The translations under genes and the position numbers were made by a program. Below, piece after piece: positions 56,834-64,000 of a stretch of DNA of 64,000 bases. The notes under the pieces were generated by a model. The model ran no database searches, was not told the DNA's origin, and was given only the letters and a program-made list of their open reading frames with translations. Source of the stretch: a virus (lineage: Duplodnaviria > Caudoviricetes); the IMG/VR virus record IMGVR_UViG_3300033146_005369, positions 13,108 through 77,107 of that record; one strand, given 5' to 3'. The stretch's first letter is position 1. Each line of letters begins with the position of its first letter.

Positions 56834-58210
56834 TTATAGAAATAAAATATTGTAAATCTTGTCTATTTCGCCTTTGCTAAATTTGTCAAACAAATCATAA
56901 ATGTTGTCTGGTGTTATCTCTAACGACGATTTCATCTTAATCCCAGTGTAATTAATATTCTCTACATTTAAAATTTTGAAACGTTCTTCGTCGCTGCCAA
57001 GCATTGTAAATAATGTTTTTGGATTTTCCTTAACAATTTTGTCAATATCATTGTAAATATTTTCACTGATCATTATTGACAATTTTTTGTCTATCTTATC
57101 TTCAATAACTTCTTTAAAAATTTTATAACTTTGATATGGAAGAAAATTGTTCTTCGGTTTTGATGATATCAAAATCTTAATCTCGTTGCAGTCTTTAAAT
57201 TCATAAAGCAAATTTTCGTAATCCTCTTGCCTTGGCGGTTTAAAAGAACCTGGGTAAATTCCAACCTTTTCCGTTTTCTCAAAATCCTTTGGCATCTCTA
57301 TATTGAATTTGTTGAAACGAATTGCATTATAAAATTTTTGCAATTTTTCAAAATGAGAACTCATATAAAAATGCTTTTTTCCAACATTGAAAAAGATTCC
57401 TCGTAGATTCTTGTAATCTTTCCCTAAATCTCTTCTGAGAGTAAGATAAGTTCCTCTCTTTTCAATATCAAAAATATTTGCAACAAAAAATTGATCAATT
57501 TTCGTAATTTCATTTGCAATTCTCTTTTCTTCTTTACGAGAATAGACACTGCTGTTCAATGTCTGCAAAACTTCTTTCTCAAAACCGATTATATTCTTTG
57601 TCATGTCGTCATCCCACGGAATTGCGTCATATCTTCCCAAATTTAGCTCAACACGCCTTTGCTCAATGAATGGGTAGAACATGTCGAACAAATCTGCTGA
57701 TGATTCTAGAGCGATCCTGGGCATTCTATTGATGATATCACTCATCTTTGTTTCGTGTGCTAGCGAGGTGATATCGACATCTTGTTGTCCATATGTGAAA
57801 TGTCCCGAGTTAGATAAAAAAAGTTGGAATTTTTTTGGTTTTAAAATGTTGTAATATCCAGGATCAACGAATTCTAATTTGAAAAAAGTTTTTTTCCTGA
57901 ATATTGTTTCCAAATTTTCTCTAGAAATATTTCTAAGAAAGCCTTTCCAAGTACTGCAAGCTTTTGAGAGACTTCCTCTTTCTTCTTTTGAAACAACATT
58001 GTTCAGCAGTTCTTCTTCTGTTAATCCAAAGTTGTCAAAATCTTTTTGACTCCTTGCAAACAAAAATCTGTTTGTATTCAAACAAAACGTGCCAAACAAG
58101 ATTTGCGAATCCAATTTTTCAAAAATTTCCCAATCATTTTCTGAAAATAATAACATAATTCTTTTTAAAGTAAAAAAAGATAAATTATTATCTTCGTAAA
58201 TGTGCTTCAT
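56834..58210 (-). CDS. Hypothetical protein with degenerate ligase-like (EKLDS) and cytidylyltransferase-like (PGSFKPP) domains
   Basis: EKLDSQILF near the N-terminus. GIYPGSFKPPRQED...ILIS...LG.DEER at the C-terminus, lacking HxGH. Confidence 0.55.
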   Translation of the reverse strand: MKHIYEDNNLSFFTLKRIMLLFSENDWEIFEKLDSQILFGTFCLNTNRFLFARSQKDFDNFGLTEEELLNNVVSKEERGSLSKACSTWKGFLRNISRENLETIFRKKTFFKLEFVDPGYYNILKPKKFQLFLSNSGHFTYGQQDVDITSLAHETKMSDIINRMPRIALESSADLFDMFYPFIEQRRVELNLGRYDAIPWDDDMTKNIIGFEKEVLQTLNSSVYSRKEEKRIANEITKIDQFFVANIFDIEKRGTYLTLRRDLGKDYKNLRGIFFNVGKKHFYMSSHFEKLQKFYNAIRFNKFNIEMPKDFEKTEKVGIYPGSFKPPRQEDYENLLYEFKDCNEIKILISSKPKNNFLPYQSYKIFKEVIEDKIDKKLSIMISENIYNDIDKIVKENPKTLFTMLGSDEERFKILNVENINYTGIKMKSSLEITPDNIYDLFDKFSKGEIDKIYNILFL

Positions 58211-58599
58211 TATTCTCCCTCTTTGACCTTTTTCTTACGAGGTTTCCGCTTAGGCTTGGCCAATTTTTTTTCTAATTTTTCATTTTGTTTTTTCAAAGAA
58301 GAACATTCGTCTAACAATTTTTGATAAATGTCTTTCAGTTCTGCATATTGCGATTGGCATTCAACCAAGTCATTATCAATGGTTGCAAACTGTTTTTTAA
58401 GTTCTGCATATTGCGATTGGCATTCAACCAAGTCATTATCAATGGTTGCAAACTGTTTTTTAAGTTCTGCATATTGTGATTGGCATTCTTCCAATTTCTT
58501 TTCACAAATCTTATTTTCATCTGCACAATTACATTTACCTTTCTCTTTTAGTATTTGTTTTAGACGAAGTTTCATTGCTTTTTTACGTGGATTTGACAT
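58210..58599 (-). CDS. Coiled-coil protein with 21-aa repeats and basic tail
   Basis: LVECQSQYAELKKQFATIDND repeats, ends KPKRKPRKKK. Confidence 0.7.
   Translation of the reverse strand: MSNPRKKAMKLRLKQILKEKGKCNCADENKICEKKLEECQSQYAELKKQFATIDNDLVECQSQYAELKKQFATIDNDLVECQSQYAELKDIYQKLLDECSSLKKQNEKLEKKLAKPKRKPRKKKVKEGE
58337..58488. repeat. 63-bp tandem repeat, ~2.4 copies
   Basis: Identical copies at 58337 and 58400, partial copy at 58463. Confidence 0.95.
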
Positions 58600-58602
58600 A
58601 TT

Positions 58603-59073
58603 TTACCCCTTTATTATTTCTCGAAACAGTTCTGTTTGTCTAGCTCTAATTACACTTTCTGTTAAATTCATTGTACCATTTTTTCTCTCATCTTCCCAAT
58701 CTCTAAATGCTAAATTCCCTTGAAGATATGCTCCTTTTTCAATTTCTCTCATTCTTTTGTCACGTTGAGCATATCCTGGAGATGTATCCAAATTTTTAAA
58801 CATCCCTTGACAATTCTGATGATGATGATAAAGTTCATGCGACAAAGATCTTAAAATATCTTTGATATGCCTTTTATTAATGTGTAACACAATTTCGTTA
58901 CTGAAGGGATTGTAACTCCCTGTTTTTCCAAGAGAATCTTGTTGTGTATCATCGAACACAATAGACACCATATCATCAAAAGGATGAACTGAATAGAAAT
59001 AATTTGTGAATTCATGGAAAAGATTGTGATGATCTTCTTCAATCTTTTCCAAGTTTTTAAAGTTTATTCTCAT
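58603..59073 (-). CDS. HExxH metallopeptidase-like protein
   Basis: ILRSLSHELYHHHQ and later EKGAYLQG. Confidence 0.6.
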   Translation of the reverse strand: MRINFKNLEKIEEDHHNLFHEFTNYFYSVHPFDDMVSIVFDDTQQDSLGKTGSYNPFSNEIVLHINKRHIKDILRSLSHELYHHHQNCQGMFKNLDTSPGYAQRDKRMREIEKGAYLQGNLAFRDWEDERKNGTMNLTESVIRARQTELFREIIKG

Positions 59074-60597
59074 TTGACCATAAATTGCTGTAGTGCTTTG
59101 CGAGTTTCATCATCCATTTTCGGAAGTTCCTTTTTTTCAACAGGAATTCCCGCTGTGGCTGCTGCTGTTGTATCTTCCTTTGCAACAGGTTTTTTTGTTG
59201 CAGGTTTTTTTGTTGCAGGTTTTTTTGTTGCAGGTTTTTTTGTTGCAGGTTTTTTTGTTGCAGGTTTTTTTGTTGCAGGTTTTTTTGTTGCAGGTTTTTG
59301 TTGCAGTTTTCTTTGTTGCAGTTTTCTTTGTTGCAGGTTTTTTTGTTGCAGGTTTTTTTGTTGCAGGTTTCTTTGTTGCAGTTTTCTTTGCAACAGGTTT
59401 CTTTTGGCTTTTCTTATTTAATTTATCGATAGAAGCCTTTAAAGAAGACTGAATTTCTTTTAAATATTCACTCAAGTTTTTACGATCATTGAAATTTAAT
59501 TTTTCAACTCTTCTCTTAAGCGCTTCTTTAGGATGTTTGAATTTTTTCAAATAGGCATTAATACTTGAATGATATTTTGCCAATTCATTAATACTTGGTG
59601 GTTCATTTTTCAAGAAACCAATAATTTTTTCAGATGAAAAAGAAGGTTTTTGAGATAAACTTTTGTCAGGTTGATAATTATTCTTCGACTTGATATCATC
59701 AATTTTTGTAAGAAGAGTATGATACAAGCTTTTAAGATTTTCTTCCATATTTTTATTTTTTGAAAAATCGATTGAATCCAAGGCGGTTCTTAATTGTTTT
59801 TTTGGATTGTTGTAAATTTTCAAATTTTCTTTAATTTTAGAACGTATTGTTTTCAAAGGCGAATTGATATCATTTTTTGGTTCAGTTTCAATAAATTTTA
59901 CAATAGCTTGCTTTTCTTGTTCAAAATCGTTTGTTACTCTTTCTTTGTTGTCAGAACCAAATTGTGAAATAATATTGTCAGCTTGTTCTAATTTCCCTTT
60001 TGACGACAACTGTTCGATTTCCTTTTTAATTTCTTCACCCACATGATTTTCCAACTCTTGCGAAGATGATGTCAATTTTGGAAGTTCAAGAGTATCAAAA
60101 TTTGATTTTGGTTTTTCCTCATCACTTTTTATCATTTCCTCGGATTTCTTGGCGGATTTCTTGGCGGATTTCTTGGCGGACTTTTTCCCCCAAAAATCTA
60201 AATTGTCATCCCCTTCATGATCATATTTCTTTTTTTGTTCTTCTTGATACCGATATTTGTACAATTTGCTTTTGAAACCGTCTGGTGAATCGAATTGGTC
60301 AATGAACTTTTGCAAAACTTTATCACGGAAATATCGTTGAGTTTTGTTTAATCCACGCTCTTGATCATAATTGTGTAATGTTTCAACATATCCCCTCATT
60401 TGGTTGACAATTTTCTCAATGAAATCATCAACTTTCAAGATATGGCCTCTTGTCCTGAACTTGTCATCGCGAGCCTGCTTGCCACGTCTTAAATTTTTAT
60501 CAAACATGTCGAACAAGCCTTCGTTAACCAATAACTTTTCGTCTTTAAGCTCTTGTTCGATTCTTTTTAGAATTTCGTCTTCAACTTTTTTGCTCAT
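59070..60597 (-). CDS. Lys-rich protein with histone-H1-like KKPAT repeats; frameshifted (2-nt short) within the repeat
   Basis: ATG 60597 with AAGGAG SD. One 15-bp unit has T5 instead of T7 at 59295..59299. Restoring 2 nt gives 509 aa ending at TGA 59070, which overlaps the next ATG (ATGA). Confidence 0.75.
59181..59400. repeat. 15-bp tandem repeat array (gttgcaggttttttt variants)
   Basis: About 14 units encoding KK(P/T)AT; one unit is 13 bp. Confidence 0.95.
60142..60180. repeat. 3 x 12-bp repeat encoding KKSA
   Basis: ggatttcttggc at 60142, 60154 and 60166. Confidence 0.9.
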
Positions 60598-60647
60598 TCT
60601 TATCTCCTTGAAAATCAGGGTAATTAGAGTTTGCACTTAAGATTAGA

Positions 60648-60679
60648 TAAAAAAAAAGCCGATGCTTTCGCATCGGCTT
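60648..60679 (-). terminator. Intrinsic terminator
   Basis: 10-bp stem aagccgatgc/gcatcggctt, GAAA loop on the minus strand, followed by a long T run. Confidence 0.9.
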
Positions 60680-60703
60680 GGTTAAACATGATTGATGAAG
60701 ATT

Positions 60704-61051
60704 TTATAACTTCCGTGTTTGCAAATTCGTCAAGGTCTTGGAATATCTTTCGATTTTCAATTTGCAAGTTGGATTTGCAGTTTTTGCAAATCTCGCTCTT
60801 GATAGTTGAAGCAATTTTTTGATTGACATGATGTATTGCAGTCTCATTTTCCGATCTTTTTCCCAAGCTTGGCGCATATATTCACAATCTGATTCTGCAT
60901 AATATTCATTAACGACTGGTTCTTCCGTTATTTTGTAAGTCATAAGATATTCGTCAATCCCATTCTTTAGATCTTGGAGGAAATCTTGACCAGCTTGCCC
61001 ACTTTCGAGAACCTTCCAGTAAAAATAGATCATCATTTTAATCTTTTTCAT
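60704..61051 (-). CDS. Small hypothetical early protein
   Basis: Open frame ending just before the terminator. Start uncertain. Confidence 0.55.
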   Translation of the reverse strand: MKKIKMMIYFYWKVLESGQAGQDFLQDLKNGIDEYLMTYKITEEPVVNEYYAESDCEYMRQAWEKDRKMRLQYIMSIKKLLQLSRARFAKTANPTCKLKIERYSKTLTNLQTRKL

Positions 61052-61226
61052 TGCATTCCCACAATCTGTTTGCATATTCATCAATCTTATCGTGCAAGAA
61101 TTTGTTGAGTTTCAGAACAACAGCGAAGAAGATAAACAAAAATGCCGAGAACAAACCGAGCAAGAACCATTCATTGATTGTAAACATATGCAAAAGCCAT
61201 CCTTTGAAATAACTCATCTCACTCAT
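61038..61226 (-). CDS. Small membrane protein
   Basis: WFLLGLFSAFLFIFFAVVL TM segment. Start refined to the ATG near the upstream stop. Confidence 0.55.
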   Translation of the reverse strand: MSEMSYFKGWLLHMFTINEWFLLGLFSAFLFIFFAVVLKLNKFLHDKIDEYANRLWECNEKD

Positions 61227-61473
61227 ACGCAAATTCCTCAAAAACAATTTTTTCCTGAAGTTCGATATCTTTTTGCGAAGCTCCTTCAAGAGAGGCTTCA
61301 AGGCCAGCCTTGTAAGCTGCTTTGTAGATTTCGACCATCTCATCGAAAACTTCGCTTGGTCTCATATTTTCCCACCAATATGCGAAAACGACCCCGTTCT
61401 CATCTTTGAGAAGGCAATTTTCGATATTTCTTGTTATAACAATTTTTTTCTTCATTTCAACAACCTTATTCAA
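61219..61473 (-). CDS. Small hypothetical protein
   Basis: 84-aa ORF tiled with its neighbours. Confidence 0.55.
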   Translation of the reverse strand: MNKVVEMKKKIVITRNIENCLLKDENGVVFAYWWENMRPSEVFDEMVEIYKAAYKAGLEASLEGASQKDIELQEKIVFEEFAYE

Positions 61474-61479
61474 TAATCT

Positions 61480-61755
61480 TCAATGAGTCTTTAAAAAGTT
61501 TTTGATGGTTTTTAACATTTCTTCATCGCCTGCTTCCGTGGCATGTTTGCGTAACTCTTCAATGTCAATTAAAGAGAGCATTTCCCTTCTCCCTCTGGCC
61601 AGGTGCCATTGTTTTTTGCTTTCGCATATTTCCTTTTCTTGTCCATGCTTATCATAAGCGTAAACTCCTCCTGCGAAATAAATCAAGATTTCCTCGCCAT
61701 TAGAAAGTTCTGCAAAGATTGAGAGTTCGTTTTCATCAAAATGTGAATATTCCAT
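61480..61755 (-). CDS. Small hypothetical protein
   Basis: 91 aa, GGAG SD. Confidence 0.6.
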   Translation of the reverse strand: MEYSHFDENELSIFAELSNGEEILIYFAGGVYAYDKHGQEKEICESKKQWHLARGRREMLSLIDIEELRKHATEAGDEEMLKTIKNFLKTH

Positions 61756-61772
61756 TTTTTCTCCTGTTTTGT

Positions 61773-62087
61773 CTAAGACTGGCGAACTTGTTCCGAAAGA
61801 ATGATGAATTTTCCTGAATCTGTTTTTCGATAACCCCTCTTTTCATCGAGAGCTTGTTGGACACTTTTGGGCCAAAATTCTTCGATCACCATTGGTTCTT
61901 CACGATCTTCAAACCAAATTGTCGCAGTTCTACCTTTCAATGGGAAAACTCTGTTTCCATCCTCTTGACCATTTGGTTTGACACAGTGAAGAACAAATTT
62001 ATCAATTTTGGCCTCAAGATATCCAATTTCGCTCCATTCCGCATTCCCATCAATGAAGTCAACTCTAACTTTTGGAAAGTTTTTCAT
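61773..62087 (-). CDS. Small hypothetical protein
   Basis: 104 aa, overlapping the upstream stop. Confidence 0.6.
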   Translation of the reverse strand: MKNFPKVRVDFIDGNAEWSEIGYLEAKIDKFVLHCVKPNGQEDGNRVFPLKGRTATIWFEDREEPMVIEEFWPKSVQQALDEKRGYRKTDSGKFIILSEQVRQS

Positions 62088-62527
62088 AATTGTCCCTTAA
62101 ATCTGTTATTCACAAGAACTGGGATGAACTCTTCTTGAAAATTTTCGGACAGAGCATTTGCAACGGACGTTGCGGTGCTCAATGAGTAATATTCTGTTGA
62201 TGATGCAAGCAAATGCTCATCATCTGAAACTTTGACAACAATCCATCTGTTTCTCACCTCATCTTCATCAAACCAAAGCATTTGCAAATTCTTTAACAAA
62301 TTTTTTTTGATGCGTTCTTCAAGAGGTGAGGCAAAAATTTCTTGCTTAAGAAGTTCTGCATTTCCATCCAATGAAAGAATTTTTTTAATGAATTTGCTTT
62401 CGATGTTTTTCAATCCTTGTGGAGTTGTACAGGAGAATGTGAATCGCTTGTGATTCAAGAAATCATGCAACTCTTGTTCGACACTTCCCCGTTGCACTTG
62501 CAATTTTTGTCCGAATTTAAAGCTCAT
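62084..62527 (-). CDS. Hypothetical protein
   Basis: Start refined to ATG 62527 (ATGA overlap, AAGGA SD). Confidence 0.6.
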   Translation of the reverse strand: MSFKFGQKLQVQRGSVEQELHDFLNHKRFTFSCTTPQGLKNIESKFIKKILSLDGNAELLKQEIFASPLEERIKKNLLKNLQMLWFDEDEVRNRWIVVKVSDDEHLLASSTEYYSLSTATSVANALSENFQEEFIPVLVNNRFKGQL

Positions 62528-62670
62528 CTCTCTTCCTTGGTTGCAAACATGATCCCACAACTTGTTGCAAAACATAAAAAAGCTTTTGTTGCATTGTGGA
62601 ATCTTGGTTCGCTGATGATGATTAGATTAAGCAATACCGCAAAAGAAAAAGCAACGAGTTTCACAAACAT
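62524..62670 (-). CDS. Small two-TM membrane peptide
   Basis: MFVKLVAFSFAVLLNLIIISE...AFLCFATSCGIMFATKEER, GGAG/GAGG SD before ATG 62670. Confidence 0.5.
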   Translation of the reverse strand: MFVKLVAFSFAVLLNLIIISEPRFHNATKAFLCFATSCGIMFATKEER

Positions 62671-62694
62671 TCTGTAACCTCTCCTCACACCCTC

Positions 62695-62724
62695 ATCATG
62701 TGTTGTACACACGTGTTTCGTCAA
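62695..62724 (-). promoter_or_regulatory. Possible sigma70-type promoter with dyad in the spacer
   Basis: TTGACG-18 nt-CATGAT. The spacer contains AACACGTGTGTA. Confidence 0.4.
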
Positions 62725-62882
62725 GCACAAACACAATTTGCGCTGTTTAGACATCGTTGGTAAGAACACTTTTTTGAAGCATATCTTTTATGTTCATCCA
62801 TGGGCTTGAATATACAGCAACATTATCTTTAAGAGATGTTGTATCAAATTGTCAACGTCCTGACTTCTCCTTACAACCATGT

Positions 62883-63125
62883 TTATTGAAAATTGATGTT
62901 GAATGTTCTAAAGTATTTTTTTATTGGTGAACGTACATTCTTAGCCGATTTATCTAAAAAATGAGCCATATTATAATTTACAAAGCTTTCTTCATAATCA
63001 TATAAATGAAGACGGTGAAGATTTCCATGTGGCACAAAAGTCATAAAAACCCATATTTCAAACCCTTCTCCTTTCATTACTTGGTTATAGAAAGATTCAT
63101 TATCAAAAATACCCCTTAATTTCAT
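62883..63125 (-). CDS. Small aromatic-rich early protein (MKLR... array member)
   Basis: 80 aa, GAGG SD. Confidence 0.6.
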   Translation of the reverse strand: MKLRGIFDNESFYNQVMKGEGFEIWVFMTFVPHGNLHRLHLYDYEESFVNYNMAHFLDKSAKNVRSPIKKYFRTFNINFQ

Positions 63126-63174
63126 CTTTGCCTCGCCTATTGTTTATTCTTTGTGGAAAATAACTCTCCATGTT

Positions 63175-63362
63175 TCATTGTCGTTGCCGATTTCCAGAAG
63201 AACTCGCAACAAAAATTCTATAATAAGAATTTTGCCATTCTTCAAAACCTGGAAGATGGTCAATGAAATCCACTCTCAATCTTAATATACTATTGACAAA
63301 TTTCTGGATAGTTGTCGAAAAATCAATATTATATTCTTTTATCAAACATTTTTAAATTTCAT
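63175..63362 (-). pseudogene. Small early gene with 1-nt frameshift near the start
   Basis: Coupled ATG 63362 reads MKFKNV-stop. The frame TTG 63345..63175 reads LIKEYNIDF...NRQRQ. One extra T after codon 6 joins them. Confidence 0.55.
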
Positions 63363-63553
63363 TGCCAGTTCTTTGAAAGCTTATAATCAAATTCAATAAG
63401 GAAAAGTTCTATACTTGTTTCAAAATTGATTAACCAATCAATGTTTGAGTAAAATGGCCTTCCTTTGCCGTATTTAACAAAAAGATAAAATGAATCATCA
63501 TAAACTTTTAATTTGTCAAATTTCATAAAATCAAATTCTTTTCTAAATTTCAT
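63359..63553 (-). CDS. Small early protein (MKFRK...WQ)
   Basis: ATGA-coupled, 64 aa. Confidence 0.6.
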   Translation of the reverse strand: MKFRKEFDFMKFDKLKVYDDSFYLFVKYGKGRPFYSNIDWLINFETSIELFLIEFDYKLSKNWQ

Positions 63554-63792
63554 TGCCAACCAGTCGAGAAAACGCCCTTTGGACGTGTTTTATGTCCATG
63601 AAAAATGGATGGTAAATAGTCAATTTTTTTAAGTCTTAACATAAAAATGGTTGTGGTTGGCAAATGGTTAGTTTTTTCATGTCTTGACATAAAAGTTGGT
63701 GAGTTTGTTTGAGGTTCGCAAGTCAAATAAACTCTAAACATAAAATCATTGTCTTCCCAATCTTGTTTCACAACTTTTTTTCTGAATTTCAT
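63550..63792 (-). CDS. Small early protein (MKFRK...WQ)
   Basis: 80 aa. Confidence 0.6.
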   Translation of the reverse strand: MKFRKKVVKQDWEDNDFMFRVYLTCEPQTNSPTFMSRHEKTNHLPTTTIFMLRLKKIDYLPSIFHGHKTRPKGVFSTGWQ

Positions 63793-63807
63793 ACTCTCTT
63801 CTCGGAA

Positions 63808-63999
63808 TCATTGCCAATCTCTTGAGGCTCTTTTGTAAGCAAAAGAACCTGTCACACAGATTTCGCCAAAATTGTACTTAGCCTCTTGATAATTCAATGA
63901 AGTTGGCGAAATGAAAGTATAAAACGCTTTCATTCTGAATCTTATTTTCATAGTGCCATAGTAATAATCGCTATCATATTTTTCATACTGATAAAGATT
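63808..63999 (-). CDS. C-terminal part of a small early protein (...RDWQ), truncated by the window edge
   Basis: Not in the track. Open frame from the edge to TGA at 63808. Confidence 0.55.
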   Translation of the reverse strand, partial: NLYQYEKYDSDYYYGTMKIRFRMKAFYTFISPTSLNYQEAKYNFGEICVTGSFAYKRASRDWQ

Positions 64000-64000
64000 T

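Noticed and set aside
60624-60866. 80-aa minus-strand ORF
   Set aside because: It overlaps the 60704 gene in another frame and runs through the strong terminator.
642-62677. All plus-strand ORFs in the track
   Set aside because: They are antisense shadows of AT-rich minus-strand genes or of repeats, with no SD context or recognisable motifs.
1-64000. Stop-codon reassignment, as seen in some jumbo phages
   Set aside because: Long ORFs tile the window under code 11, and TAA, TAG and TGA all terminate coupled genes.

Overview
A 64-kb segment of a large, AT-rich (roughly 30% GC by eye) tailed-phage genome, probably a jumbo myovirus. Every credible gene is on the minus strand, tightly packed, with frequent ATGA/TAATG stop-start overlaps, and reads in standard code 11. 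In coordinate order (transcription runs the other way): portal N-terminus (missed by the ORF track), large terminase, a probable holin/spanin-like membrane cassette, an Mre11-Rad50 (SbcD-SbcC) fusion, DnaG-like primase, RuvC-like resolvase, a ~26-kb virion/baseplate module (LamG and DNRLRE-like proteins, gp6-like, gp25-like, HxH spike, M15 peptidase fusion), a sigma-like factor, a ~15-kb glycosylation island (RmlB, WecB, short DegT aminotransferase, PseH-like GNAT, five putative glycosyltransferases, plus apparently decayed genes), a 670-bp non-coding control region, a PIN-PhoH/Fis-like/zincin block, repeat-rich putative head proteins and an array of small early ORFs. The most interesting signal is that a subset of eight virion proteins is about ten-fold enriched in an [S/T]-G-S tripeptide, in a genome carrying its own sugar-synthesis and glycosyltransferase island, with one such protein encoded inside the island. 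This suggests a phage virion O-glycosylation system with a candidate sequon. That is an inference: DNA glycosylation is an alternative role for the GT4 enzymes. All family assignments come from motif recognition, not database searches. No CRISPR array, tRNA, rRNA, reverse transcriptase or integrase was seen.
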